A stretch of DNA of 16,691 bases, taken from Armatimonadota bacterium. Lineage in GTDB: Bacteria > Sysuimicrobiota > Sysuimicrobiia > Sysuimicrobiales > Kaftiobacteriaceae. The position numbers and the translations under genes were made by a program. Positions 15,297 to 16,691 of this stretch are shown here, one piece after another (position 1 is the stretch's first letter; each line of letters begins with the position of its first letter). Below the pieces are notes generated by a model. It was not told the origin of the DNA. It worked only from the letters and a program-made list of their open reading frames with translations, and searched no databases. The stretch covers positions 5,524-22,214 of the forward strand of contig JBBIUY010000043.1 of the NCBI GenBank assembly GCA_037440005.1, read 5' to 3'.

Positions 15297-16474
15297 GGGT
15301 GTTGGTCCTTCACAACCGCTACAGGGAGCCCGGCGGCGAGGATGCCGTTGTAGAGGCCGAGTGTTTCTTGCTGCGGGATGCTGGCTGTGAGGTGCACCGG
15401 CTGGATGCGGACAACCGGGAGTTTGACGGCGCGGGCCCATTGAGGGTCGCTTGTCAGGCCGTGTGGTCCGTGTCAGCTGGACGGGCGTTGACCCGCCTGC
15501 TGGAGGGTTCCCGGCCTGACGTCGTCCACGTGCACAACACCTTCGTGCGCCTCTCGCCGTCCGTGTACTACGCCGCGCGAGCGCGAGGCGTGCCGGTCGT
15601 GCAGACGCTCCACAATTACCGCCTGCTCTGCCCGGCGGCCACGTTTTTCAGAAACGGCGGGGTTTGCGAAAAGTGTCTGGGGAAGGCTGTGCCCTGGCCG
15701 GGGGTTGTATACGGCTGCTGGCGGGGCTCCCGGTCGCAGACGGCGGTGGTGGCCACCGTACTCACGCTCCACCGGTGGCTGAAGACGTGGACGGAGCAGG
15801 TGGACGTGTACGTCGCCCTGACCGAGTTCGCGCGGCGAAAATTCGTCGAGGGCGGGATTCCGGCCGACAAAATCGTGGTCAAGCCGAACTTCGTCCACCC
15901 CGACCCGGGGCCGGGGGAGGGTAAGGGCGGTTACGCCCTCTTTGTGGGCCGGCTGGCGCCCGAGAAGGGCATCGCTACGCTTCTCGCCGCCTGGAGGAAG
16001 TTCGGTGGCCGGCTGCCCGTGCGGGTGGTGGGAGACGGCCCCCTGGCTGCGGAGGTGGCCGCCGCCGCGGCGCGCCAGCCGGGCGTCACCTACCTGGGCC
16101 GCCTGCCCCGGGAGAAGGTCCTGGGCCTCATGCGCGAGGCGGCGTTCCTCGTCTTTCCCTCGGAGTGGTACGAAGGCTTCCCCTTGACTATTGCCGAGGC
16201 GTTCGCCACCGGTCTCCCCGTGGTGGCCTCGGACCTGGGCGCCATGGCCGAGCTGGTGGACCACGGCCGCACCGGCCTGCACTTCCGGCCCGGCGACCCC
16301 GACGACCTGGCCGCCAAGGTGGACTGGCTTGTCTCCCACCCCGCGGAGTTGTCCAAAATGCGCCGCGAGGCCCGCGCCGAATACGAGGCCAGGTACACCG
16401 CGGAGCGTAACTACCAGATGTTGATGAACATCTACCGACAGGCGATGGACGTGCGGGCGGGCTCAAAAACGTAG
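15293..16474 (+). CDS. Glycosyltransferase family 4 (GT-B), 393 aa
   Basis: Start trimmed to GTG 15293. PDVVHVHNTF, VVQTLHNYRLLCP, CEKC, VVKPNFV, FVGRLAPEKG, PSEWYEGFPLTIAEAFATGLPV. Confidence 0.93.
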   Translation: MRVLVLHNRYREPGGEDAVVEAECFLLRDAGCEVHRLDADNREFDGAGPLRVACQAVWSVSAGRALTRLLEGSRPDVVHVHNTFVRLSPSVYYAARARGVPVVQTLHNYRLLCPAATFFRNGGVCEKCLGKAVPWPGVVYGCWRGSRSQTAVVATVLTLHRWLKTWTEQVDVYVALTEFARRKFVEGGIPADKIVVKPNFVHPDPGPGEGKGGYALFVGRLAPEKGIATLLAAWRKFGGRLPVRVVGDGPLAAEVAAAAARQPGVTYLGRLPREKVLGLMREAAFLVFPSEWYEGFPLTIAEAFATGLPVVASDLGAMAELVDHGRTGLHFRPGDPDDLAAKVDWLVSHPAELSKMRREARAEYEARYTAERNYQMLMNIYRQAMDVRAGSKT

Positions 16475-16566
16475 AGGAAATCCCCCTGGCGATTTTTCAT
16501 AGGAATTCCCTTCCTCTTCCCCTATCACGGGTCTGATCGGATGCAGTTCTCCATTGAGGGCTTGGC

Positions 16567-16573
16567 AGGAGGT
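16567..16573 (+). promoter_or_regulatory. Shine-Dalgarno site AGGAGGT
   Basis: Perfect SD ending 6 nt before ATG 16580. Confidence 0.8.
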
Positions 16574-16579
16574 GCCGGC

Positions 16580-16691
16580 ATGTCTGCACACGTCCTGGTT
16601 ACCGGCGCAGGTGGTTTCATCGGTCACCATCTCGTAAAATACCTGGTGGAACGCGGCTATTGGGTCCGCGGGGCGGACATCAAGGAGCCGG
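16580..16691 (+). CDS. NAD-dependent epimerase/dehydratase, 5' partial (GDP-mannose 3,5-epimerase-like N-terminus)
   Basis: Manual translation MSAHVLVTGAGGFIGHHLVKYLVERGYWVRGADIKEP contains the extended-SDR TGxxGFIG motif. It runs off the window and is absent from the ORF track. Confidence 0.88.
   Translation, partial: MSAHVLVTGAGGFIGHHLVKYLVERGYWVRGADIKEP

Noticed and set aside
1..16691. IS/transposase, integrase, tRNA or rRNA genes
   Set aside because: No recognisable motifs or structures seen on either strand.

Overview
GC-rich bacterial window that is almost entirely one + strand surface-polysaccharide (EPS/capsule/O-antigen-type, Wzx/Wzy-like) biosynthesis operon. Bases 1-830 are non-coding nested repeats: nine BoxC/REP-like C-rich/G-rich palindromes, a 100-bp unit, and 7-mer and 9-mer tandem arrays. 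Gene order: ugd, a decayed flippase relic, FkbM methyltransferase, GT2, a nucleotidyltransferase-motif protein, a frameshifted GT4, a thymidylate-kinase-like/aminoglycoside-phosphotransferase-like fusion, GT4, a decayed GT4, a Wzy/ligase-like membrane protein, GT4, a Wzx-like flippase, a second FkbM, a GT4 N-terminal relic, GT4, and the start of an NAD-dependent epimerase. The most interesting elements are the candidate NTase plus dual-kinase glycan-modification module, the hierarchical repeat block upstream of ugd, and the scars of cassette replacement. All calls come from reading motifs by eye; no database search was run.
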